Part shown: in pieces, positions 28,733 to 38,105 of the stretch
Position numbering within the stretch: the first letter of the stretch is position 1
Layout: the number at the start of each line of letters is the position of its first letter
Origin: Myxococcota bacterium
Lineage (GTDB): Bacteria > Myxococcota_A > UBA9160 > SZUA-336
Reading direction: 5' to 3'
NCBI GenBank assembly: GCA_046757685.1
Contig: JBHHYV010000004.1
Coordinates: 1,403 to 65,402 of the forward strand
DNA length: 64,000 nt
The notes under the pieces: generated by a model
The model's input: the letters and a program-made list of their open reading frames with translations, nothing else
What the model was told of the DNA's origin: nothing
Databases searched by the model: none
Made by a program: the position numbers and the translations under genes

Positions 28733-29655
28733 AGCCTGGGTTTGACGGCCCCTCGGGCGACGACGTCTTTCGAGGGCTGACGTTCGCCTTTGCGGCGGGG
28801 ATCCTCGCACTCTTCGTCGCCCTCGTCGCCAGCCTCTGGCGCGAGTCCCTGCCTTCGATCCAGAGATTCGGCTTCTCGTTCCTCACCAGTACGGCGTGGA
28901 ATCCCGTCGAGGACGACTTCGGGGCCATGGTCGCAATCGGCGGAACCCTGCTCTCGACGCTGCTCGCCATGCTCTTCTCCGTTCCGGTCAGCATCGGAGC
29001 GGCACTCTTCCTTGCGGAGCTCGCGCCGTCGTGGATGAGGACGCCATTCGGGGTGGGGATCGAGCTGCTTGCCGCCATCCCGAGCATCATCTACGGAATG
29101 TGGGGGCTCTTCACACTCGCCCCCCTGCTCGCCGACCCCCTGCAGCCATCGCTTGCGACCCTGTTCGGCTTCCTGCCTCTCTTTCGAGGGCCGGCGATGG
29201 GCATCGGCATCGGGACCGCGGGCCTAGTCCTGGCGCTGATGATCCTCCCGTTCATCACCTCGGTGACGCGGGACGTCTTCCTGATGGTGCCGCAGAACCT
29301 CAAGGAAGCCGCCTACGGCATGGGCTGCACTCGGTGGGAAGTCGTCCGCGACGTCATGATTCCCTACGGGCGAAAAGGCATCGCGGGCGGCGTGGTTCTC
29401 GGCATGGGGCGGGCGCTGGGGGAAACCATGGCCGTCACGTTCGTCATCGGCAACGCCCATCGCTTCTCCTGGTCGCTGTTCGCACCCGGTAGCTCGATCG
29501 CCTCCACGCTGGCCAACGAGTTCACCGAAGCGGACAGCGAGATCTACCTGGCTTCACTGGTCGAGCTTGGCCTGGTGCTCTTCTTGATCACATTCGTGAT
29601 TCTCGGGCTGGCCGAGTGGTGGCTGCGGCGCAGCACGCCGATCCGGGCATCCTGA
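28729..29655 (+). CDS. pstC: Phosphate ABC transporter permease PstC
   Basis: [42 protein letters not shown]; GTGA overlap with pstS. Confidence 0.95.
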   Translation: MKPGFDGPSGDDVFRGLTFAFAAGILALFVALVASLWRESLPSIQRFGFSFLTSTAWNPVEDDFGAMVAIGGTLLSTLLAMLFSVPVSIGAALFLAELAPSWMRTPFGVGIELLAAIPSIIYGMWGLFTLAPLLADPLQPSLATLFGFLPLFRGPAMGIGIGTAGLVLALMILPFITSVTRDVFLMVPQNLKEAAYGMGCTRWEVVRDVMIPYGRKGIAGGVVLGMGRALGETMAVTFVIGNAHRFSWSLFAPGSSIASTLANEFTEADSEIYLASLVELGLVLFLITFVILGLAEWWLRRSTPIRAS

Positions 29656-30503
29656 TGCGTACCCGTCGGCGAATGTGGACCAACTACGCAGTCCTCAGTG
29701 CCTCGGCCGGGGCGGCGGTCTTCGGCCTGCTGATGTTGGGCTGGATTCTCGCGGATGTCACCGTGCAGGGGATTCGCGCCATCAACTGGAGCTTCTTCAC
29801 CGAGCTCCCGACGCCGCCAGGCCTAGAGGGTGGCGGTCTGGCGAACGCCATTGCCGGCACCCTGCTGATGACCTCGGTCGCCGCCGCCATGGCGGTCCCC
29901 TTCGGCGTCCTGGCCGGAACCTGGCTGTCGGAGTTCGGGAGGGACTCGGCGTTCTCCCGCATCGTACGCTACCTGTCCGACATCCTGGTCTCGGCCCCCT
30001 CGATCGTCATCGGGGTATTCGTCTACCTCGTCCTGGTCCGGCCCCTGGGCCACTTTTCCGGGTGGGCCGGAGCCGTGTCGCTGGCCATCATCATGCTCCC
30101 GGTGGTCAGTCGCACCACAGAAGAGATGCTCGGGCTGGTACCTCACGAGCTCCGCGAGGCTGCGCTCGCGCTTGGCGCGCCCTACTGGAAGATCATGGCG
30201 CAGGTCGTCTATCGCGCCGCCGCCGCCGGGTTGCTGACCGGTATCATGCTCGCCGTCGCCCGCGTCGCAGGAGAGACCGCGCCTCTCTTGTTCACCGCTC
30301 TGAACAGCCCATACTGGATGCACAGCATGAACGAGCCGATGGGCAACCTGACCGTCACCTTGTTCAACTACGCCACGAGCCCCTACCAGGACTGGCAGAC
30401 GATGGCATGGGGAGCCGCTTTCCTGATTACGAGCGGGGTGCTCGTCACCACGCTCGCCGCCCGCCTGATTCTGCGCCTGCGGAGCGTGGTTCGAGCCAGG
30501 TGA
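29655..30503 (+). CDS. pstA: Phosphate ABC transporter permease PstA
   Basis: [38 protein letters not shown]. Confidence 0.95.
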   Translation: MRTRRRMWTNYAVLSASAGAAVFGLLMLGWILADVTVQGIRAINWSFFTELPTPPGLEGGGLANAIAGTLLMTSVAAAMAVPFGVLAGTWLSEFGRDSAFSRIVRYLSDILVSAPSIVIGVFVYLVLVRPLGHFSGWAGAVSLAIIMLPVVSRTTEEMLGLVPHELREAALALGAPYWKIMAQVVYRAAAAGLLTGIMLAVARVAGETAPLLFTALNSPYWMHSMNEPMGNLTVTLFNYATSPYQDWQTMAWGAAFLITSGVLVTTLAARLILRLRSVVRAR

Positions 30504-31321
30504 CCGCCCGGAGCGACACGCCATCGACGCCGATCGGGCCAGTGCCTGGAGAGGCGCGTACCCCGACGCCCGTCAAGATCTCGGTGCGCCACCTGGACTT
30601 CTACTATGGGAGCCAGCAGGTCCTCTTCGACAACAGCCTCGACATCCCAGCTCGCCGCGTCACCGCATTCATCGGCCCGTCCGGATGCGGAAAGTCCACG
30701 CACATCCGAACCTACAACCGCATGTTCGACCTGTACCAGGGGCATCGCGCGGAGGGAGAGGTACGCCTGGATGGACTCGATGTTCTCGATCCGCGGGTCC
30801 CGGCCCTCGAGCTGCGTCACCGGGTCGGGATGATCTTCCAGAAGCCCACACCCTTCCCGATGTCGATCTTCGACAACATCGCCTATGGCATGAGGCTCCA
30901 CGGGAGAATGACGAGAGCGGAGACCGAAGAACGGGTCGAGAAGGCGCTGCGCGACTCCGCCCTGTGGGACGAGGTGAAGGATCTCCTGACGCAGCCCGGC
31001 ACGGCGCTCTCCGGCGGGCAGCAGCAACGACTGTGCATTGCCCGCGCCCTGGCGGTCGAGCCCGACGTTCTCCTGATGGATGAGCCCTGCTCATCGCTGG
31101 ACCCCATCGCGACGGCGAAGATCGAAGAGCTGATCGATCAGCTCAAGCTCAGGTTCACGATCGTATTGGTGACGCATAACATGCAACAGGCGAGCCGCGT
31201 ATCGGACTTCACGGCGTTCTTCTACCTGGGGAAGCTCGTCGAGGTCGGTCCCACCGAGGAGCTCTTCTTGAACCCGAGGCTGGAGCCCACTCGCGACTAC
31301 GTGACCGGCCGATTCGGCTAG
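30500..31321 (+). CDS. pstB: Phosphate ABC transporter ATPase PstB
   Basis: [60 protein letters not shown]. Confidence 0.97.
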   Translation: MTARSDTPSTPIGPVPGEARTPTPVKISVRHLDFYYGSQQVLFDNSLDIPARRVTAFIGPSGCGKSTHIRTYNRMFDLYQGHRAEGEVRLDGLDVLDPRVPALELRHRVGMIFQKPTPFPMSIFDNIAYGMRLHGRMTRAETEERVEKALRDSALWDEVKDLLTQPGTALSGGQQQRLCIARALAVEPDVLLMDEPCSSLDPIATAKIEELIDQLKLRFTIVLVTHNMQQASRVSDFTAFFYLGKLVEVGPTEELFLNPRLEPTRDYVTGRFG

Positions 31322-31332
31322 GGGAGGGGCAG

Positions 31333-31998
31333 ATGCCTGCGCGCGAGAGAATGACCGAGCTGCGCGGCCAGATCCTCCGGATGGGTAGCCTGGCCGAGAC
31401 CATCCTGGCTCGGGCGGTCGAGTCGGTGTGGGAACGCGACGCGGAGGCGGCCACCCGCGTCAAGGATGACGACCTCGAGATCGACCGGAGCGACGTCGAG
31501 ATCGATCGGAGCGTCCTTCGTGTGCTCGCCCTGACGGCTCCCAAGGCGGACGACCTGCGAGCCGTCATTGCGATCAAGACCATGGCGACGGACCTCGAGC
31601 GCGTCGGCGACCTGGCGCGCAACATCGCAAGGAGCGCCCTCCGGCTCTCTGCTCGACCGCAGATCGCCCTGCCCTCCGGACTGGAGCGGATCGCCGCAGG
31701 CTCCCGGCGGCTCCTGTCGAGCGCCCTGGACTGCTTCGGGAGCGGCGACACGGCCGCCGCCCGCGCAGTGATCGAGGCCGACGACGAGATCGATCGGATC
31801 CAGGACCAGATCGTCCAGGCCGCGATCGCGCGGCTGGCCGAGGAGCCGACGAGCGCTCCGCAGGAGGTCGACGTGATCCTGATCGCCGAGGCTCTGGAGC
31901 GGGTCGCCGATCATGCGACCAACATCGCCGAGTCCGTGATCCTGCTCTATGACGCCGAGATCGTGAAGCACGCCGCCAAGCTGGGCTCCGGCCGCTGA
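31333..31998 (+). CDS. phoU: Phosphate signalling protein PhoU
   Basis: DLERVGDLARNIA, DDEID, LERVADHATNIAE. Confidence 0.95.
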   Translation: MPARERMTELRGQILRMGSLAETILARAVESVWERDAEAATRVKDDDLEIDRSDVEIDRSVLRVLALTAPKADDLRAVIAIKTMATDLERVGDLARNIARSALRLSARPQIALPSGLERIAAGSRRLLSSALDCFGSGDTAAARAVIEADDEIDRIQDQIVQAAIARLAEEPTSAPQEVDVILIAEALERVADHATNIAESVILLYDAEIVKHAAKLGSGR

Positions 31999-32130
31999 GG
32001 CCGCGCGCCGCCTGCCCTATCGTCCAGGGTCCGGGGCGAGGAGGTCGCGGCCCCCGATGCGAGACGATCGCTCCCGGGGACCCGGCTCCGGGCCCATCGA
32101 CTCCGATCCCGCATCGAGGGGGACGCGCGA

Positions 32131-32418
32131 GTGGCGAGAGAGACCGTGCGCTGCGCGCAGTGCCGGGTTCGCGGGCGGGTGCAGGGGGTCTTCTTTCGCG
32201 CCTCGACCCGAGCGCGGGCGCAGGCGCTCGGAGTCTCGGGATGGGTCCGGAATCGGCCCGACGGCGACGTCGAGGTCCTCGCGCAGGGTGAGGAAGCCCG
32301 GGTGCGCGAGCTGATCGAGTGGCTGCAGCGGGGTCCCGAGCTCGCCCGGGTGCAGAGCGTCGAGGTGGAGTGGCGCGCCCCCGAGGAGACTCTCGCCGGA
32401 TTCGAGCTACGACACTAG
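32131..32418 (+). CDS. acyP: Acylphosphatase
   Basis: GRVQGVFFR, GWVRNRPDGDVE, GP..ARV. Confidence 0.95.
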   Translation: MARETVRCAQCRVRGRVQGVFFRASTRARAQALGVSGWVRNRPDGDVEVLAQGEEARVRELIEWLQRGPELARVQSVEVEWRAPEETLAGFELRH

Positions 32419-32427
32419 GCTTCTCGC

Positions 32428-33402
32428 GTGGCCGAGCCCTCTTCGCCTTCCCTACGGCCTTTGCCCGCGGCCCGGGTCGAGCAAAGGCACGGAGGCCCCC
32501 CGCTGACCCTCGCCCTGTCGGGCGCCTCGGGCTTGATCGGCTCCGCGCTCGAGCCCCACCTGTCGCGCTCCGGGCACCGGGTCCTGCGGCTGGTGCGCCG
32601 CCCCGCACGGGGCGACCGCGAGATTCCCTGGGAGCCGGGCTCCGGGAGGCTGGACGGAGGCCGCCTGCAGGGGATCGACGCTGCGATCCATCTGTCTGGC
32701 GAGCCGATCGCGCCCCGTCGATGGACCGAGCGACGCCGCCGGGCGATCCGCGGGAGCCGCATCGAGAGCACGCAGCTGCTGTCGACCACCCTGGCGCAGC
32801 TCGATCCGCCGCCTTCGGTGCTGCTGGCCGCCTCGGCGGTCGGGTTCTACGGCGATCGCGCCGATCAGTGGCTCGATGAGTCGAGCGCACCCGGAGAGGG
32901 GTTCCTGGCGCAGGTGTGCCGGGAGTGGGAGGCCGCCACGCGCCCCGCGCGCGATGCGGGAGTCCGCGTCGTGAACCTGCGGATCGGCATCGTGCTGTCG
33001 CGGGCCGGGGGCGCCCTGGCCGCGCTGCTCTGGCCTTTCCGGATGGGACTGGGCGGCCCGCTGGGAGACGGTCGCCAGTACCAGAGCTGGATCTCGCTCG
33101 AGGACCTGCTCCGCGCGATCCACCGGGCGCTCCGCGACGAGTCCCTGGCCGGTGCGCTCAACCTCACGGCCCCGGAGCCCGTGCCCCAGGCGGAGCTCGC
33201 CCGGACGCTGGGTCGGGTCCTGCACCGTCCCTCCCGGCTTCGGGTTCCCGCGGCCTGGCTCCGGCTGGCCCTGGGAGAGATGGCGGACGAGACCCTGCTG
33301 GCCAGCCAGAGGGTGCGGCCCGCCCGCCTCCTGGAGAGCGGGTTCCACTTTCACCACCCCGAGCTCGAGCCCGCGCTGCGCGCCGAGCTGGACCGCGGCT
33401 GA
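32428..33402 (+). CDS. TIGR01777/YfcH-family NAD-dependent epimerase-like protein
   Basis: SGASGLIG, HLSGEPI, SAVGFYG, FLAQVCREWE, RIGIVLS, GDGRQYQSWI, ASQRVRP. Confidence 0.92.
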   Translation: MAEPSSPSLRPLPAARVEQRHGGPPLTLALSGASGLIGSALEPHLSRSGHRVLRLVRRPARGDREIPWEPGSGRLDGGRLQGIDAAIHLSGEPIAPRRWTERRRRAIRGSRIESTQLLSTTLAQLDPPPSVLLAASAVGFYGDRADQWLDESSAPGEGFLAQVCREWEAATRPARDAGVRVVNLRIGIVLSRAGGALAALLWPFRMGLGGPLGDGRQYQSWISLEDLLRAIHRALRDESLAGALNLTAPEPVPQAELARTLGRVLHRPSRLRVPAAWLRLALGEMADETLLASQRVRPARLLESGFHFHHPELEPALRAELDRG

Positions 33403-33410
33403 GCCCTCCG

Positions 33411-35000
33411 ATGGACCGGCAGAAGCCCGACACGACGACCAACGAGATCGACCTCTACATCCGCACCTACTACTCCCTGCTTCGCAGCTCCGGGGAGATC
33501 CGCGTGCGCTCACTCGAGGAGGTGCACTCCTACAGCCAGTCCAGCCTGCACGTGGGAGCCCGCAGCCCGGAGCCCGATCTCGCCGCCTTCGGCTATGCGG
33601 CCGCGCGCCTTCCAGGCTGCATGCCCCGGGTCGAGCGCGTGATCCTGGGCCAATCCCTCGAGACCTTCGAGTCCTTCGGCTACCCGGTCCGGGACTGGGT
33701 CCGGGTCGAGACGCGCGGTCGCCGCAGGCCGCTGCGCTACGACGGCTCGAGCACGCTCGCAGCCTTCGTGGCGAGCTCCTCGGACATCGACGACCTGATT
33801 CCGATCCTCTGCGCCTACCAGATCGAGTGGAACAAGCTGCATGCCCGCGCGCTCTCCGATCGCCAGGGCCTGGGGCTCTCGGACGCGGACCGCGCGCGGC
33901 TGCGAGAGGCCCTGGGAGTGAATGCGGGCGATCCGTTCGTCGACTGCATGGAGCGACGCCTCGATCTGCGCGTACGGCTGCTCGCGGGCGCCTTCAGCGA
34001 GTACCAGCGCGCCGCCCAGCGCTGGTGGTCCGCGATCGAGCAGCGCTACGTCTCGGGGGATCGATCGCCGCGGCCGGTGTACTTCGTCTCCTCGAACACC
34101 CATGCACTGGCCAATCTTCTGGGCGGCTACGCGCTCGCCCACTCCGAGGCGCTCGGCGCCCGCGACGCGAACGACCTCTACTTCCGCCTCCGGGAGCACC
34201 TGAAGGACGATCCGCGGATGCTCGAGCCCGTGCTTGCCTGGGATCGAGAGGGCGGCATCGAGTCGATCCGCAACCGCGCCCAGGTGGAGGTGGACGCCCA
34301 GCGGATCGAGATCGCCCGCCTGCGACCGGAGCGCTTCGATCCGCGGCTCCAGATGTCCGGGCTCGACGCCCTGGCTCGAAGCGACGCGGTCGTGCTCAAC
34401 ATCGACTACCCGCTCGGGATGGCAGCCTACCATCTGCTGTCTCGCGTCGGCCAGGGCGTCGGTCCGCTGCTCGGCGTCTACGTCATGGGCAAGGCCGCGA
34501 CGCTGAATGCCCAGGTGGGAGACGTGATGATCTCGCGCGTGGTTCACGACGAGCACTCCCAGAACACCTACCTGTTCCGCAATGCGTTCTCGGCCGACGA
34601 CGTATCGCCCTACCTGGTGCACGGAACGGTCCTGGACAACCAGAAGGCCGTCACCGTCCGCGGGCCCTTCCTGCAGAACCCACGCTACATGAACGTCTTC
34701 TATCGCGAGGGCTATAGCGTGCTCGAGATGGAGTCCGGGCCCTACCTGTCAGCCGTCTACGAGCACGTCGATCCCAGGCGCCACCCCAACGACGAGCTGG
34801 TGGAGCTCTCCGACCGCTGCACGGTCGAGCTGGGAATCCTGCACTACGCATCCGACACGCCGATCAGTCGCCGGCAGGCGCTGCTCTCCAAGAGCCTGGG
34901 AGCCTTCGGGATGGACGCCACCTACGCCTGCGCGACCGCCATCACGCGCAGGATCCTCGAGCGAGAGCTCGAGCGGATCGCCGCGCAGCGCGCGCGCTGA
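33411..35000 (+). CDS. Conserved hypothetical protein (DUF6909-like by recall) with possible nucleoside-phosphorylase-like C-terminal fold
   Basis: 530 codons with good codon bias; EIDLYIRTYYSLLRSSG, NIDYPLG, MGKAATLN, EMESGPY, HYASDTP. Confidence 0.75.
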   Translation: MDRQKPDTTTNEIDLYIRTYYSLLRSSGEIRVRSLEEVHSYSQSSLHVGARSPEPDLAAFGYAAARLPGCMPRVERVILGQSLETFESFGYPVRDWVRVETRGRRRPLRYDGSSTLAAFVASSSDIDDLIPILCAYQIEWNKLHARALSDRQGLGLSDADRARLREALGVNAGDPFVDCMERRLDLRVRLLAGAFSEYQRAAQRWWSAIEQRYVSGDRSPRPVYFVSSNTHALANLLGGYALAHSEALGARDANDLYFRLREHLKDDPRMLEPVLAWDREGGIESIRNRAQVEVDAQRIEIARLRPERFDPRLQMSGLDALARSDAVVLNIDYPLGMAAYHLLSRVGQGVGPLLGVYVMGKAATLNAQVGDVMISRVVHDEHSQNTYLFRNAFSADDVSPYLVHGTVLDNQKAVTVRGPFLQNPRYMNVFYREGYSVLEMESGPYLSAVYEHVDPRRHPNDELVELSDRCTVELGILHYASDTPISRRQALLSKSLGAFGMDATYACATAITRRILERELERIAAQRAR

Positions 35001-35029
35001 GCCTCGAGAAGCCCCGGATCGATCGGGCC

Positions 35030-35992
35030 TCAGCTCGCCGCGCGGGAGGTGGCCGCCGCGAGCACCCGGCGGTAGCCCCGGACGACGTTGGCACCCTCGA
35101 GCGCTCCCCGCTCGCGGAGCAGCCGATGAAAGCGCCGCAGGTTGTAGTGCGGAACCGTCATGATCAGGTGGTGCTCGAGGTGGAAGTTCACACGATTGGG
35201 AGCGATCAGCAGTCGTTCCCACCAGGAGGCGAGCGTGGTACGGGTGTGCTGCAGGGGATCGGATGGATCCGAGGGCATCGAGTGCTCTGCGATCGCCCGG
35301 ATCCGCGTGACGAGCGTGTGGGTCGTGAACCAGGCCCCGACCCAGAGAGCGTAGAGCCAGGGATGACCGATCGCGGTCAGCAGCCCCAGACCGATCGCCT
35401 GGGTCGTCACGAAGCCGATCACGGCGCGGCGACCGTCCGGCTGGCCCGCGCGCCAGCGCGCCCGGGCGGACCCGAAGCGCGCGCGCGCGAACTTGAGGCC
35501 GGTGCGGCCCGAGAGATCGCGCCTCACCTTGCGCCCGAAGCTGGCACGCGTGATCGGGAAGGGCCGGGCCAGCTCCAGATCGGGATCGTCCTCGGTCCAG
35601 GTCCGGGCGTGGTGCCTCAGGTGATACGCACGGTAGCTGTGAAGATCGCTCCAGACCGGGTAGGCGCAGAGCCAGTTGCCCACCGCGTCGTTCAGGCGAC
35701 GGTTGCGGAAGAGCGTGCGGTGCGAGGCTTCGTGCATGAGCACCGCCAATCCGAGCTGACGGGTTCCGATGACGGCGAGCGCCACCACCACCGAGAGCAC
35801 CCCCGGCAGCCAGACCACCGCGCCCATGGCCGCGGCAATCAGCGCCCAGTCGATCCCCACGGAGACCCAGGACCGCAGGTCATTCATCTCGAGCAGCGCA
35901 TCGAGCTCCTCGCGAGGGAGAGCCGCGCGCCAGCCGCCGCCCCGCTCCCCTTCGCGCTCTCGTTCTCGTTCTCGTTCCGATGGGTCGTTCAT
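35030..35992 (-). CDS. Membrane fatty acid desaturase family protein
   Basis: Three His boxes (HEASH, HLRHH, HLEHH) and TM segments. The start overlaps the PaaX-like stop. Confidence 0.9.
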   Translation of the reverse strand: MNDPSEREREREREGERGGGWRAALPREELDALLEMNDLRSWVSVGIDWALIAAAMGAVVWLPGVLSVVVALAVIGTRQLGLAVLMHEASHRTLFRNRRLNDAVGNWLCAYPVWSDLHSYRAYHLRHHARTWTEDDPDLELARPFPITRASFGRKVRRDLSGRTGLKFARARFGSARARWRAGQPDGRRAVIGFVTTQAIGLGLLTAIGHPWLYALWVGAWFTTHTLVTRIRAIAEHSMPSDPSDPLQHTRTTLASWWERLLIAPNRVNFHLEHHLIMTVPHYNLRRFHRLLRERGALEGANVVRGYRRVLAAATSRAAS

Positions 35993-36885
35993 CAGGCGCG
36001 TCCTCCAGCGGCCGGGGGATGGCCCAGCCAGTCGCTCGCGGGTCCGTGGGCGGGTGCGCGCGAGCCGAGAACGCCCCACTCCCGCATGAAGTCGGCCCAG
36101 CAGCGGCGCCCGAAGCGATCGTACTCGCGCATCTCGCGAACCAGCGCCCGGTACCCGGCCGGATCCAGGATCTCTTCAGGCAGCAGGGGATCGAGGACGA
36201 GCTGCCGGATCACGCGGCCCCCGAGCAGGAAGCTCTCGACCATCGCCTCCTCCCGATCGGCGTGGGCGAGGCGCTTGCGGCTCAGGACCAGCATCTGGCG
36301 CGAGCGGCGGTAGGCCACCCGCAGCTCTCGGATGGGCCACAGATCGCGGGCCCTCGCCTCGAGCTCGGGGCCCAGGTCGAGAGCTCGGAAGACCGCGCTC
36401 CCGGGCCAGATCCCCAGCGCGAGCAGGCGCGCGCGTGCGCCCTGAAGACCCGCTTCCAGGTTGTCGGGCCGGACCGACAGGCCCGCCGTGAGCGGCCGCA
36501 GCCCGGCGAGGCGCAGCGCGCGCTCGTGACGCGCGCGACCGGGCTGCGCCAGGCCGCGACCTCGCGCGTCTCTCTCCCGCCCCCCTTTCGCGCCGGGCGG
36601 CAGCATGGCGATCCAGGCTCCGTCCCAGCGGCGGGTTGCACGCCGCGAGCCGCGCCAGGCGACGACCTCGCGCTGGATGGCCTCCGCGCCGGCTCCCAGC
36701 CGGTAGTGGCCCCGCTGCAGGCTCTCGACCTGGCCCGCCGCGCACAGTCGCGCGAGCGCCACCCGCACGGCGTTGCCATCGAGACCGAAGAGCGCCCCTG
36801 CCTGGACGAGCGCCCGCACGGGCATCGACCCGCTGCGCAGGGTCGAGAGCAGGTCCAGGATCAGCGACCGGGGCGTGGGCGACAT
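35992..36885 (-). CDS. PaaX-family transcriptional regulator
   Basis: wHTH RSLILDLL..NAVRVALARL..RGHYRL, WDGAW, ARARDLW, DPLLPEEI. Confidence 0.85.
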   Translation of the reverse strand: MSPTPRSLILDLLSTLRSGSMPVRALVQAGALFGLDGNAVRVALARLCAAGQVESLQRGHYRLGAGAEAIQREVVAWRGSRRATRRWDGAWIAMLPPGAKGGRERDARGRGLAQPGRARHERALRLAGLRPLTAGLSVRPDNLEAGLQGARARLLALGIWPGSAVFRALDLGPELEARARDLWPIRELRVAYRRSRQMLVLSRKRLAHADREEAMVESFLLGGRVIRQLVLDPLLPEEILDPAGYRALVREMREYDRFGRRCWADFMREWGVLGSRAPAHGPASDWLGHPPAAGGRA

Positions 36886-36893
36886 CGCTGCGA

Positions 36894-36936
36894 GATATTA
36901 CACGATCTTGGATTTCGGATCGATCCTTGTAATATC
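36894..36936. promoter_or_regulatory. Wide-spaced inverted repeat GATATTACA-N25-TGTAATATC, putative PaaX-like operator overlapping the promoter
   Basis: Perfect 9-bp AT-rich arms in a GC-rich background, 8 nt upstream of the regulator ATG. The left arm contains a minus-strand -10-like TAATAT. Confidence 0.75.
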
Positions 36937-36940
36937 GGAG

Positions 36941-37498
36941 TCAGTGGATCCCGCTGCCCGGAGCCAGGCTGGCCGGCTCGACTCCCAGGGAGTGGAGCGC
37001 GGCCTCCCACAGGCGGTCGGGAGGAGTCTCGAAGACGAGATCCGCATCGCCCTCCGCCAGCACCCACGCGCCGGCCGCGAGCTCACCCTCCAGCTGACCG
37101 GGGCCCCAGCCCGCGTACCCCATCAGGAAGCGCAGCCGGGCCGGAGGACGCAGGGCCAGCGCCTTGAGCTGATCGGGCGTCGTCGAGAGCTGGATCCCCG
37201 GGACCCCCTCGAGGCCCGGAGCCCCTTCGCCAGCGCAGGGCGCGTGCAACACCCACCCGGACTGCGGGGTCACGGGTCCTCCGGACCACACCGTGGCCTC
37301 GGGATCCCCCATCCACGGGAGGTTCAGCACCTCGAGAACATCGGCGACGCGCGTGTCGGTGGGTCGGTTCAGGACCAGTCCGAACGAGCCCGCAGATCCG
37401 TGCTCGAGCATCAGCACCACGCTCCGCACGAAGTTGGGGTCGCGCAGCTGGGGCATCGCGATCAGCAGGCCTGGAGCTACGCCACGTTCTTCGGTCAC
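36941..37498 (-). CDS. YqgE/AlgH (UPF0301) family protein
   Basis: LLIAMPQLRDPNFVRSVV, GLVLNRP, GGPV, GYAGWGPGQLEGE. Confidence 0.93.
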   Translation of the reverse strand: MTEERGVAPGLLIAMPQLRDPNFVRSVVLMLEHGSAGSFGLVLNRPTDTRVADVLEVLNLPWMGDPEATVWSGGPVTPQSGWVLHAPCAGEGAPGLEGVPGIQLSTTPDQLKALALRPPARLRFLMGYAGWGPGQLEGELAAGAWVLAEGDADLVFETPPDRLWEAALHSLGVEPASLAPGSGIH

Positions 37499-37634
37499 GT
37501 CCCTTGCGCTCCGCCTCGCCCCCTGAGGCTCCGTCGCGGCCCTCTCGGATACTCTGCGACAGTCCGCGGAGCCCGTCCACGTCGGGGCTCCGCCCGCGCG
37601 GCCCTCTCCGCGACCCATGGGATAGACTGGCCGC

Positions 37635-38063
37635 GTGAGCCATGCGTCTCGGAGCTCGATCGGCCTCTGCCTCGCGCTCGGCGCGATGCTCGTCGCCTCG
37701 GGGTGCGCCACGCGCGGCACCCGCTTCGACGTGGACTCGGTCGACCGGATCGTCGCGGGCGTGACCACCCGCGACCAGATCCGCGCCTGGTTCGGCGGCC
37801 CCGCGATGATCCGGGAGAACGCGAGCGGCCGAACCGGCTGGGGCTACGAGTTCCAGGAGACGCAGATCCAGAGCACCCATACCTTGAGCAAGATCGGTCG
37901 CTTCACCGCCGGGCTCTTCGGCCTGCGGGCGCTCTTCCCCCCCGTGGACGTGACCTTCGAGAAGACGACCCGGCACCGGCTCGACGTGATCTTCGACCGC
38001 CGGGGGGTCGTCGCGGACTACCACTACGAGCGGACGGTGACACCTTCGCGACGGGTGAACTGA
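37635..38063 (+). CDS. Lipoprotein, BamE/SmpA-like fold
   Basis: Lipobox LVASGC; GVTTRDQIRAWFGGP, WGY, LDVIFD..GVV. Confidence 0.75.
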   Translation: MSHASRSSIGLCLALGAMLVASGCATRGTRFDVDSVDRIVAGVTTRDQIRAWFGGPAMIRENASGRTGWGYEFQETQIQSTHTLSKIGRFTAGLFGLRALFPPVDVTFEKTTRHRLDVIFDRRGVVADYHYERTVTPSRRVN

Positions 38064-38105
38064 CCGGCCCCGCCGGGAGCGGAGCGGAACCTCGCGACCG
38101 GCCCC

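Noticed and set aside
35950-35978. (TCTCGT)3 microsatellite encoding ERERERE at the desaturase N-terminus
   Set aside because: It is short, keeps the frame and lies in a disordered leader, with no sign of function.
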